DNA of 64,000 nucleotides from Escherichia coli (GTDB lineage Bacteria; Pseudomonadota; Gammaproteobacteria; Enterobacterales; Enterobacteriaceae): NCBI RefSeq assembly GCF_003790525.1, contig NZ_CP033635.1; one strand, 5' to 3'. Shown piece by piece: positions 55,928 to 64,000 of this stretch (position 1 is its first letter; each line of letters starts with the position of its first letter). The notes under the pieces were generated by a model. It saw only the letters and a program-made list of their open reading frames with translations, ran no database searches and was not told where the DNA came from. The position numbers and the translations under genes were made by a program.

Positions 55928-56131
55928 AGTGAGTTGCCTTCTGAGTGGTAGTGTTGAAGCAGTGTAGCAGGTCACTTGCTGTACAGAATGTGAATTTTTT
56001 AACCCTTTGCGCCAGCCGCTGCGTTGAGGTGTATGATAAGTCAGACCTCTGTCCGGTTAATGTCGCTGAGCAGGTAATCAGAGCACAACAATTACGCCAA
56101 CTGCTTAGGTTGTATTGTTAAAGGTAAAGTG

Positions 56132-57991
56132 ATGAGCAAAGGAACGACCAGCCAGGATGCCCCGTTCGGGACATTATTGGGCTACGCCCCAGGTGGGGTA
56201 GCAATCTACTCTTCAGATTACAGTTCTCTCGATCCGCAGGAATACGAAGATGACGCCGTATTCCGTAGCTATATCGACGACGAATATATGGGCCACAAAT
56301 GGCAATGCGTTGAATTTGCTCGCCGTTTTCTCTTTCTGAATTACGGTGTGGTCTTCACTGACGTGGGTATGGCGTGGGAGATTTTCTCGCTGCGCTTCCT
56401 GCGTGAAGTGGTTAATGACAACATCCTGCCATTGCAGGCATTTCCTAATGGCTCGCCGCGTGCACCGGTCGCGGGCGCGCTTCTTATCTGGGATAAAGGC
56501 GGTGAATTTAAAGACACTGGCCATGTCGCCATCATTACTCAATTGCATGGCAACAAAGTCCGTATTGCGGAACAGAACGTGATTCATTCCCCGTTGCCGC
56601 AAGGGCAACAGTGGACACGCGAGCTGGAGATGGTGGTCGAAAACGGCTGCTATACCCTTAAAGACACGTTTGATGACACCACCATTCTGGGCTGGATGAT
56701 CCAGACGGAAGATACCGACTACAGCTTACCGCAGCCGGAAATTGCAGGCGAGCTGCTGAAAATCAGCGGAGCGCGTCTGGAAAACAAAGGTCAGTTTGAC
56801 GGTAAATGGCTGGATGAAAAAGATCCGCTGCAAAACGCCTATGTACAGGCCAACGGCCAGGTGATCAATCAGGATCCGTATCATTACTACACCATTACCG
56901 AGAGTGCCGAGCAGGAGCTGATTAAAGCCACCAACGAGCTGCACCTGATGTATCTTCACGCAACCGACAAGGTGCTAAAAGATGACAACCTGCTGGCGCT
57001 GTTCGACATTCCGAAAATCCTCTGGCCACGTTTGCGTCTCTCCTGGCAGCGTCGCCGTCACCATATGATCACCGGTCGTATGGATTTCTGCATGGACGAA
57101 CGTGGCCTGAAGGTCTACGAATACAACGCCGATTCCGCCTCCTGTCATACCGAAGCGGGCTTGATCCTCGAACGTTGGGCGGAGCAGGGCTATAAAGGCA
57201 ACGGCTTCAATCCTGCGGAAGGGCTGATTAACGAACTGGCTGGTGCCTGGAAACACAGTCGTGCACGTCCGTTTGTCCATATCATGCAGGACAAAGATAT
57301 CGAGGAAAACTATCACGCGCAGTTTATGGAGCAGGCGCTGCACCAGGCGGGCTTTGAAACGCGTATCTTGCGTGGGTTGGATGAACTGGGCTGGGATGCT
57401 GCCGGGCAACTGATTGATGGGGAAGGGCGACTGGTTAACTGCGTGTGGAAAACCTGGGCGTGGGAAACCGCGTTTGATCAGATTCGTGAAGTCAGCGACC
57501 GTGAGTTTGCTGCGGTGCCGATCCGTACCGGTCATCCGCAAAATGAAGTGCGTCTTATCGATGTATTGCTGCGCCCGGAAGTGCTGGTCTTTGAACCTCT
57601 GTGGACTGTGATCCCCGGCAACAAAGCGATTCTGCCGATCCTCTGGTCGCTGTTCCCGCACCACCGCTATCTGTTGGATACTGATTTCACCGTTAATGAT
57701 GAACTGGTGAAAACCGGTTATGCAGTGAAACCGATCGCCGGTCGCTGTGGTAGCAATATCGACCTGGTCAGCCATCATGAAGAGGTGCTGGACAAAACCA
57801 GCGGTAAATTTGCCGAGCAGAAAAACATCTATCAGCAACTGTGGTGTTTGCCGAAAGTGGACGGTAAATACATTCAGGTATGTACCTTCACCGTTGGCGG
57901 CAACTACGGTGGGACGTGTTTGCGCGGTGATGAATCACTGGTCATCAAAAAAGAGAGTGATATTGAACCGTTAATTGTGGTGAAAAAGTAA
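56132..57991 (+). CDS. gss: bifunctional glutathionylspermidine synthetase/amidase
   Basis: ATG at 56132 (track ORF begins at GTG 56129), 619 aa; N-terminal CHAP amidase domain with Cys in HKWQCVEFARRF, C-terminal ATP-grasp synthetase domain. Confidence 0.94.
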   Translation: MSKGTTSQDAPFGTLLGYAPGGVAIYSSDYSSLDPQEYEDDAVFRSYIDDEYMGHKWQCVEFARRFLFLNYGVVFTDVGMAWEIFSLRFLREVVNDNILPLQAFPNGSPRAPVAGALLIWDKGGEFKDTGHVAIITQLHGNKVRIAEQNVIHSPLPQGQQWTRELEMVVENGCYTLKDTFDDTTILGWMIQTEDTDYSLPQPEIAGELLKISGARLENKGQFDGKWLDEKDPLQNAYVQANGQVINQDPYHYYTITESAEQELIKATNELHLMYLHATDKVLKDDNLLALFDIPKILWPRLRLSWQRRRHHMITGRMDFCMDERGLKVYEYNADSASCHTEAGLILERWAEQGYKGNGFNPAEGLINELAGAWKHSRARPFVHIMQDKDIEENYHAQFMEQALHQAGFETRILRGLDELGWDAAGQLIDGEGRLVNCVWKTWAWETAFDQIREVSDREFAAVPIRTGHPQNEVRLIDVLLRPEVLVFEPLWTVIPGNKAILPILWSLFPHHRYLLDTDFTVNDELVKTGYAVKPIAGRCGSNIDLVSHHEEVLDKTSGKFAEQKNIYQQLWCLPKVDGKYIQVCTFTVGGNYGGTCLRGDESLVIKKESDIEPLIVVKK

Positions 57992-58282
57992 TACATGTTG
58001 TGGCAACCCCGTACTGATTATGAAGAATAATCAGTACGGGGATTAATCAAAACATTCAATATTTATATATTCCAATATTTATTCATTTTATATGTGAATA
58101 TATTAACCAACAGAATACCTGTGTTTTGATTATTTCTAAAGGTTTTGAATGAATGCTTATTGTCTGATACACAAGAAATAACACGCTTTTTATCGTTAAA
58201 AAATGATATTTCACTTTGCCCATGCCGTTAAAGTCACTGATAATGCGTCCGTTCGTAAATTCAAAATGGCGTAATCTAATAT

Positions 58283-59782
58283 ATGCTAAATTTATTTGTT
58301 GGCCTTGATATATACACAGGGCTTTTGTTATTACTTGCTCTGGCATTTGTGTTGTTCTACGAAGCAATCAATGGTTTTCATGACACGGCGAATGCGGTGG
58401 CAACCGTTATTTATACTCGTGCCATGCAACCACAACTTGCTGTGGTGATGGCGGCATTTTTTAATTTTTTTGGCGTGTTATTGGGCGGACTTAGCGTTGC
58501 CTATGCCATTGTCCATATGTTGCCAACCGATTTGTTGCTGAATATGGGGTCAACCCACGGTCTGGCGATGGTCTTTTCCATGCTGCTGGCGGCGATTATC
58601 TGGAACCTGGGAACGTGGTTCTTTGGTTTACCGGCCTCCAGTTCGCACACCTTGATTGGTGCGATTATCGGCATCGGTTTAACCAACGCGCTGTTAACCG
58701 GCTCATCGGTGATGGATGCGTTAAACCTGCGTGAAGTGACCAAAATTTTCTCCTCGCTGATTGTTTCCCCTATCGTCGGCCTGGTCATTGCGGGTGGTCT
58801 GATTTTCCTGCTGCGCCGTTTCTGGAGCGGGACGAAAAAGCGTGACCGTATTCACCGCATTCCGGAAGATCGCAAAAAGAAAAAAGGCAAACGTAAGCCG
58901 CCATTCTGGACGCGTATTGCGCTGATTGTTTCCGCTGCGGGCGTGGCGTTTTCGCACGGCGCGAACGACGGGCAGAAAGGGATCGGCCTGGTGATGCTGG
59001 TACTGGTGGGGATTGCCCCTGCTGGCTTCGTCGTCAATATGAACGCGTCCGGCTATGAAATTACCCGTACCCGCGATGCCGTCACCAACTTCGAACACTA
59101 CCTGCAACAGCATCCTGAACTGCCGCAGAAGTTGATTACGATGGAACCTCCATTGCCTGCGACATCGACTGATGGCACGCAAGTAACAGAGTTTCACTGT
59201 CATCCGGCAAATACCTTTGATGCGATTGCGCGCGTTAAAACGATGCTGCCAGGCAATATGGAAAGTTACGAGCCGTTAAGCGTGAGTCAGCGCAGCCAGC
59301 TGCGCCGCATTATGCTGTGCATCTCTGATACCTCCGCGAAGCTGGCGAAACTGCCAGGCGTCAGTAAAGAAGACCAGAACCTGCTGAAAAAACTGCGCAG
59401 CGATATGTTAAGCACCATTGAGTACGCTCCGGTGTGGATCATCATGGCGGTAGCACTGGCGCTCGGCATTGGCACCATGATTGGCTGGCGTCGTGTAGCG
59501 ATGACCATCGGTGAGAAGATTGGTAAGCGCGGCATGACGTATGCGCAAGGCATGGCGGCACAAATGACGGCGGCAGTGTCTATCGGCCTTGCCAGTTATA
59601 TTGGGATGCCCGTCTCCACAACACACGTACTCTCATCTGCCGTAGCAGGAACGATGGTGGTGGACGGCGGTGGGTTACAGCGTAAAACGGTAACCAGCAT
59701 CCTGATGGCGTGGGTGTTTACTTTACCGGCGGCGATTTTTCTTTCTGGTGGGTTGTACTGGATAGCATTGCAGTTGATTTAA
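58283..59782 (+). CDS. pitB: low-affinity inorganic phosphate transporter (PiT family)
   Basis: 499 aa polytopic ORF with duplicated PiT signature GxNDx[10 protein letters not shown]; assigned pitB by position next to yghT. Confidence 0.9.
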   Translation: MLNLFVGLDIYTGLLLLLALAFVLFYEAINGFHDTANAVATVIYTRAMQPQLAVVMAAFFNFFGVLLGGLSVAYAIVHMLPTDLLLNMGSTHGLAMVFSMLLAAIIWNLGTWFFGLPASSSHTLIGAIIGIGLTNALLTGSSVMDALNLREVTKIFSSLIVSPIVGLVIAGGLIFLLRRFWSGTKKRDRIHRIPEDRKKKKGKRKPPFWTRIALIVSAAGVAFSHGANDGQKGIGLVMLVLVGIAPAGFVVNMNASGYEITRTRDAVTNFEHYLQQHPELPQKLITMEPPLPATSTDGTQVTEFHCHPANTFDAIARVKTMLPGNMESYEPLSVSQRSQLRRIMLCISDTSAKLAKLPGVSKEDQNLLKKLRSDMLSTIEYAPVWIIMAVALALGIGTMIGWRRVAMTIGEKIGKRGMTYAQGMAAQMTAAVSIGLASYIGMPVSTTHVLSSAVAGTMVVDGGGLQRKTVTSILMAWVFTLPAAIFLSGGLYWIALQLI

Positions 59783-59793
59783 CCTTCCTGAAA

Positions 59794-59830
59794 ATGCCCG
59801 GTCCTGGCGATCGGGCATTTCCATTTTTCA
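59794..59830. terminator. terminator hairpin between pitB and convergent yghT
   Basis: Hairpin ATGCCCG-GTCCTGGCGAT-CGGGCAT followed by TTCCATTTTT. Confidence 0.6.
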
Positions 59831-60523
59831 CTAGTGATAACCACGCGCGGTCATAAAATCCATTATCGCTTTTTCCGCATCAACTAGCACTTGTTCCAGC
59901 GGTTGATTGGCATTGATATCAACCAGTTGCGCGCCTCCAAAGGTTAACTGTGGCGTTATGGCAATCTTCCTCGCCAGCGATTCCCGTTTATGGTCGGGTT
60001 TACGCGCGCAGGCAACTTCAAGGTCAACATTGAGTTTGATGACCAGATCAGGTTTATGGCTCGCCATCCAGTGAAACGCTTTACGCTCCTGGCTTGCCAG
60101 CCATGAGACAAAACGACCACCTTCAACGTTAGGCGGAAACACCGTACCATCGTAAGCGCCAGGAATTTGGTCCTGAGGATAACGGTCGGTTAGAACAATT
60201 AACCCGCGACGACGACAGGCAAGCATATGACGAAAGCGCAGTAAGCGACGGGCGACAAACGCTGTAATTACCAGCGCCGGAACAGGGCCAGGCAATTTTT
60301 TTGCTGTTTTCACCTGATTTCGTTCAATTGTTTTATGTAAGGATTTTCCCATCAACGGTAATTTTGTCACTGCACGACCGACATTTCCGGCCTGTTTTCC
60401 TAAATGAACTCTTTCGGCTGCACCATATTTTTCGACAACGGTAATGAGATGTTCACACACCGTTGACTTGCCTGAACCATCGCTACCAATAACGGCAATT
60501 AATGGAGGTGTTATTGACTGCAT
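59831..60523 (-). CDS. yghT: P-loop NTPase/kinase-like protein YghT (thymidylate-kinase-like DRY motif)
   Basis: 230 aa; Walker [16 protein letters not shown] motif, ARKPDH motif; paralogous to the next two genes. Confidence 0.85.
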   Translation of the reverse strand: MQSITPPLIAVIGSDGSGKSTVCEHLITVVEKYGAAERVHLGKQAGNVGRAVTKLPLMGKSLHKTIERNQVKTAKKLPGPVPALVITAFVARRLLRFRHMLACRRRGLIVLTDRYPQDQIPGAYDGTVFPPNVEGGRFVSWLASQERKAFHWMASHKPDLVIKLNVDLEVACARKPDHKRESLARKIAITPQLTFGGAQLVDINANQPLEQVLVDAEKAIMDFMTARGYH

Positions 60524-60696
60524 GAATATATCCTTTAATTTAAATATCCATTAAAAATATTTATTTGGTTAATATGTTTTTATGAAAGCGTAATTCAGGT
60601 CAATGTCACAATTAACCATTGTCACAATAAGGTTGAACGGATATTCTGAGCACGGACCACGTAATATTCAATACATTATTTGCTGCCGGGTTTTTC

Positions 60697-61410
60697 GTGA
60701 ATCAACGTAATATGTCAATAATTAATTCCACGCCAGTGCGTGTTATTGCCATTGTAGGATGTGATGGTTCAGGTAAATCGACCCTCACGGCAAGCCTGGT
60801 AAATGAACTGGCAGCAACAATGCCAACAGAACACATTTATCTCGGGCAATCGTCCGGGCGAATTGGCGAATGGATTTCACAGCTCCCTGTTATTGGCGCA
60901 CCTTTTGGGCGTTATCTGCGAAGTAAAGCGGCACATGTGCACGAAAAGCCCTTAACACCGCCTGGCAATATTACTGCGCTGGTTATCTATCTGCTTTCCT
61001 GCTGGCGGGCGTACAAGTTTCGCAAAATGTTGTGTAAAAGCCAGCAAGGCTATCTGCTCATCACCGACCGCTACCCGCAGGTTGAAGTGCCGGGTTTTCG
61101 CTTTGATGGCCCGCAATTGGCAAAAACCACGGGCGGTAACGGTTGGATAAAAATGTTAAGGCAGCGCGAGCTGAAGCTGTACCAATGGATGGCGTCTTAT
61201 TTGCCCGTATTGTTGATTCGTCTTGGCATTGATGAACAAACCGCGTTTGCGCGTAAACCTGACCACCAACTGGCAGCGTTACAGGAAAAAATCGCCGTTA
61301 CGCCGCAACTGACATTCAATGGCGCAAAGATCCTTGAACTGGATGGTCGGCAACCAGCCGATGAAATTCTGCAAGCGTCACTACGCGCAATTCACGCTGC
61401 GCTTTCCTGA
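60697..61410 (+). CDS. yghS: P-loop NTPase/kinase-like protein YghS
   Basis: 237 aa; Walker A GCDGSGKST, TDRYPQ, ARKPDH motifs; start could instead be the ATG 5 codons downstream. Confidence 0.85.
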   Translation: MNQRNMSIINSTPVRVIAIVGCDGSGKSTLTASLVNELAATMPTEHIYLGQSSGRIGEWISQLPVIGAPFGRYLRSKAAHVHEKPLTPPGNITALVIYLLSCWRAYKFRKMLCKSQQGYLLITDRYPQVEVPGFRFDGPQLAKTTGGNGWIKMLRQRELKLYQWMASYLPVLLIRLGIDEQTAFARKPDHQLAALQEKIAVTPQLTFNGAKILELDGRQPADEILQASLRAIHAALS

Positions 61411-61441
61411 TCACCAAAATGGATAGGGGATGATTTAACGA

Positions 61442-62200
61442 ATGGACGCACTACAAACACAAACTGTTAATAGTACAACCGCGCCGCAGCCCAACTACAT
61501 TCCGGGGCTGATTGCGGTGGTCGGGTGTGATGGCACCGGTAAATCCACACTGACCACCGACCTGGTGAAATCGCTGCAACAACACTGGCAAACCGAGCGG
61601 CGCTATCTGGGGCTGCTCTCGGGCGAAGACGGCGACAAAATCAAACGATTGCCGTTGGTTGGCGTCTGGCTCGAAAGGCGACTGGCGGCCAAATCATCGA
61701 AAACCCAAAGCATGAAAACCAAATCTCCAGCGCTATGGGCGGCGGTGATTATGTACTGCTTCTCGCTGCGAAGAATGGCGAATCTACGCAAGGTTCAGCG
61801 ACTGGCGCAAAGTGGCGTTCTGGTGGTCAGCGATCGCTTCCCGCAGGCTGAAATTTCGGGCTTTTATTATGACGGACCGGGGATCGGCGTCGAACGTGCG
61901 ACCGGGAAAATCAGCATGTTTCTGGCGCAGCGCGAACGGCGTTTATACCAACAAATGGCGCAATACCGTCCTGAATTAATCATTCGTTTGGGGATTGATA
62001 TTGATACTGCCATTTCCCGCAAGCCTGACCATGACTATGCCGAATTGCAGGACAAAATCGGCGTCATGTCGACGATTGGCTATAACGGCACAAAAATTCT
62101 TGAGATTGATTCCAGAGCGCCTTACAGCGAAGTGCTGGAACAGGCACAGAAGGCGGTTTCTCTGGTTGCCATCGTTTCTGACCGCCGAAGTTTAACTTAA
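61442..62200 (+). CDS. yghR: P-loop NTPase/kinase-like protein YghR
   Basis: 252 aa; Walker A GCDGTGKST, SDRFPQ, SRKPDH motifs. Confidence 0.85.
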   Translation: MDALQTQTVNSTTAPQPNYIPGLIAVVGCDGTGKSTLTTDLVKSLQQHWQTERRYLGLLSGEDGDKIKRLPLVGVWLERRLAAKSSKTQSMKTKSPALWAAVIMYCFSLRRMANLRKVQRLAQSGVLVVSDRFPQAEISGFYYDGPGIGVERATGKISMFLAQRERRLYQQMAQYRPELIIRLGIDIDTAISRKPDHDYAELQDKIGVMSTIGYNGTKILEIDSRAPYSEVLEQAQKAVSLVAIVSDRRSLT

Positions 62201-62245
62201 GGCTGGCGGGATACTTTTTACTATCAACGATAAGGTCAGGCTGAA

Positions 62246-63595
62246 TTGGCGGGTTTTAACATCAAACATTGGTTTGCAGATGGCGCGTTTCGCACCATTA
62301 TTCGCAATAGCGCCTGGTTAGGCTCCAGTAATGTCGTGAGCGCTTTACTGGGTCTGTTGGCGCTCTCGTGTGCCGGTAAAGGGATGACGCCCGCCATGTT
62401 TGGCGTACTGGTGATTGTGCAATCGTACGCCAAGTCGATCAGCGATTTTATTAAGTTTCAGACATGGCAGTTGGTGGTGCAGTACGGAACGCCAGCCTTG
62501 ACCAACAATAATCCGCAGCAATTTCGCAATGTCGTCTCATTTTCCTTCTCGCTGGATATCGTCAGCGGCGCGGTGGCGATTGTCGGCGGCATTGCCTTAC
62601 TCCCTTTTCTTTCCCATTCATTAGGTCTGGATGACCAAAGCTTTTGGCTGGCAGCGCTGTATTGCACGCTCATTCCTTCAATGGCTTCCTCCACGCCGAC
62701 CGGCATTCTGCGTGCGGTAGATCGCTTCGATCTAATTGCTGTACAGCAAGCGACGAAACCTTTTCTGCGTGCAGCGGGGAGCGTCGTAGCCTGGTATTTT
62801 GACTTTGGTTTTGCGGGTTTTGTTATTGCCTGGTACGTGTCGAATCTGGTTGGCGGCACCATGTACTGGTGGTTTGCCGCGCGCGAATTACGCCGCAGAA
62901 ATATCCATAACGCCTTCAAATTGAATCTGTTTGAGTCTGCCCGACACATTAAAGGCGCGTGGAGTTTTGTCTGGTCAACCAACATTGCCCACTCCATCTG
63001 GTCGGCGCGTAACTCGTGCAGCACAGTGCTGGTGGGGATCGTGTTAGGACCCGCTGCCGCCGGGTTATTTAAAATCGCCATGACATTCTTCGACGCCGCC
63101 GGAACGCCAGCGGGTTTACTGGGCAAAAGTTTTTACCCAGAGGTGATGCGTTTAGATCCGCGCACCACCAGACCGTGGTTGTTAGGCGTGAAGTCAGGTT
63201 TACTGGCGGGCGGAATCGGTATTCTGGTGGCGCTCGCGGTGTTGATTGTCGGCAAGCCGCTCATTTCGCTGGTGTTTGGCGTTAAGTATCTCGAAGCGTA
63301 TGACCTGATTCAGGTGATGCTGGGCGCAATTGTGATCTCGATGCTGGGCTTCCCTCAGGAGTCATTGCTATTGATGGCGGGAAAACAGCGCGCTTTTCTC
63401 GTGGCGCAAACCATCGCCTCAATCGGCTACATCGTATTGCTGTTCATGTTCTGTCATCTGTTTGGCGTGCTGGGAGCAGCGTTTGCTTATTTCGGCGGTC
63501 AATGTCTGGATGTGGTGCTCTCGCTAATTCCAACCTTAAGGGCATTTTTTCAGCGCCATTCCTTGCTTTATAACGCAGCCGGAGAGAAATCCTGA
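62246..63595 (+). CDS. yghQ: polysaccharide-transporter (MOP/Wzx flippase-like) inner membrane protein YghQ
   Basis: Multi-TM hydrophobic ORF; track start is TTG at 62246 with AAGG upstream; first in-frame ATG is at 62384, so the true start is uncertain. Confidence 0.75.
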   Translation: MAGFNIKHWFADGAFRTIIRNSAWLGSSNVVSALLGLLALSCAGKGMTPAMFGVLVIVQSYAKSISDFIKFQTWQLVVQYGTPALTNNNPQQFRNVVSFSFSLDIVSGAVAIVGGIALLPFLSHSLGLDDQSFWLAALYCTLIPSMASSTPTGILRAVDRFDLIAVQQATKPFLRAAGSVVAWYFDFGFAGFVIAWYVSNLVGGTMYWWFAARELRRRNIHNAFKLNLFESARHIKGAWSFVWSTNIAHSIWSARNSCSTVLVGIVLGPAAAGLFKIAMTFFDAAGTPAGLLGKSFYPEVMRLDPRTTRPWLLGVKSGLLAGGIGILVALAVLIVGKPLISLVFGVKYLEAYDLIQVMLGAIVISMLGFPQESLLLMAGKQRAFLVAQTIASIGYIVLLFMFCHLFGVLGAAFAYFGGQCLDVVLSLIPTLRAFFQRHSLLYNAAGEKS

Positions 63596-64000
63596 TGATG
63601 AGAAAATATTTCCCGCTTGAGGCTAGCGAGCGTCTATTTGTTGCGATTGAAGAAGATGATGTCGTTGATGCACAGGTCAGTTTGCCGCCGACTATCGCAC
63701 TAAGTTGTACCACCGAAATCATCCATGATAATTACGCGTTATGCCTGCAATTCTGGCTCAATGGCGTCAATCGCCAGGAGTTACTGCGTTTAATATGCAA
63801 ACAGGCCAAAGGCGATGAGCTGACTGCTGATGAGCGCAAACAATTTAAATACATGCGAGCGCGCTACAAGCACCTGCGTTTTGCGCAACGGCTGTATTTA
63901 AAGAAGCATCAGGCCGGATTTTTATTCGGTAAAACGACCGTTTTTTTGGGGCGTTTTCAGGACGGCTTTCGTAACGGTAAGAAAAATATTGTGTCGTATT
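63595..64000 (+). CDS. hypothetical protein (YghO-like by position), 5' portion only; continues beyond window
   Basis: ATG at 63595 overlaps yghQ stop by 1 nt (ATGA); hand translation MMRKYFPLEASERLFVAIEEDD... has no stop over 135 codons to the window end; absent from the ORF track because it is open-ended. Confidence 0.6.
   Translation, partial: MMRKYFPLEASERLFVAIEEDDVVDAQVSLPPTIALSCTTEIIHDNYALCLQFWLNGVNRQELLRLICKQAKGDELTADERKQFKYMRARYKHLRFAQRLYLKKHQAGFLFGKTTVFLGRFQDGFRNGKKNIVSY

Noticed and set aside
56975-57838. 287 aa minus-strand ORF
   Set aside because: Antisense within gss.
58083-58367. 94 aa minus-strand ORF upstream of pitB
   Set aside because: Lies in the AT-rich pitB promoter region and overlaps the pitB start; composition-driven open frame.

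Overview
This window reads as an Escherichia coli-type chromosomal segment, collinear (in reverse orientation) with the K-12 ygiC-tolC-parE-parC-ftsP-ygiQ-yqhD-metC-exbBD-hyb-gss-pitB-yghTSRQ region. About 63 protein-coding genes are supported, nearly all at the lengths expected for their K-12 counterparts. No rRNA, tRNA, CRISPR array, IS element, integrase or prophage gene was found. All identifications come from reading the translated ORFs and from memory of E. coli gene order; nothing was computed or searched. Relative to the K-12 layout as I recall it, the main departures are: (1) a 7.2 kb TonB-dependent receptor plus ABC siderophore-uptake cluster with an RpiR-family regulator between parE and ygiN (Fit-like); (2) a 7.6 kb TRAP-transporter and sugar-acid dehydrogenase cluster with a GntR regulator between ftsP and ygiQ, whose dctQ gene carries an in-frame amber stop; (3) no mqsRA toxin-antitoxin between ygiV and ygiS; (4) no ygiZ between mdaB and qseC; (5) an apparently intact yghX. 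The most plausible candidate for an undescribed system is the yghT/yghS/yghR/yghQ/yghO cluster: three tandem paralogous P-loop proteins with a thymidylate-kinase-like DRYPQ motif next to a flippase-like membrane protein. It is conserved in K-12 but, as far as I know, functionally uncharacterised.
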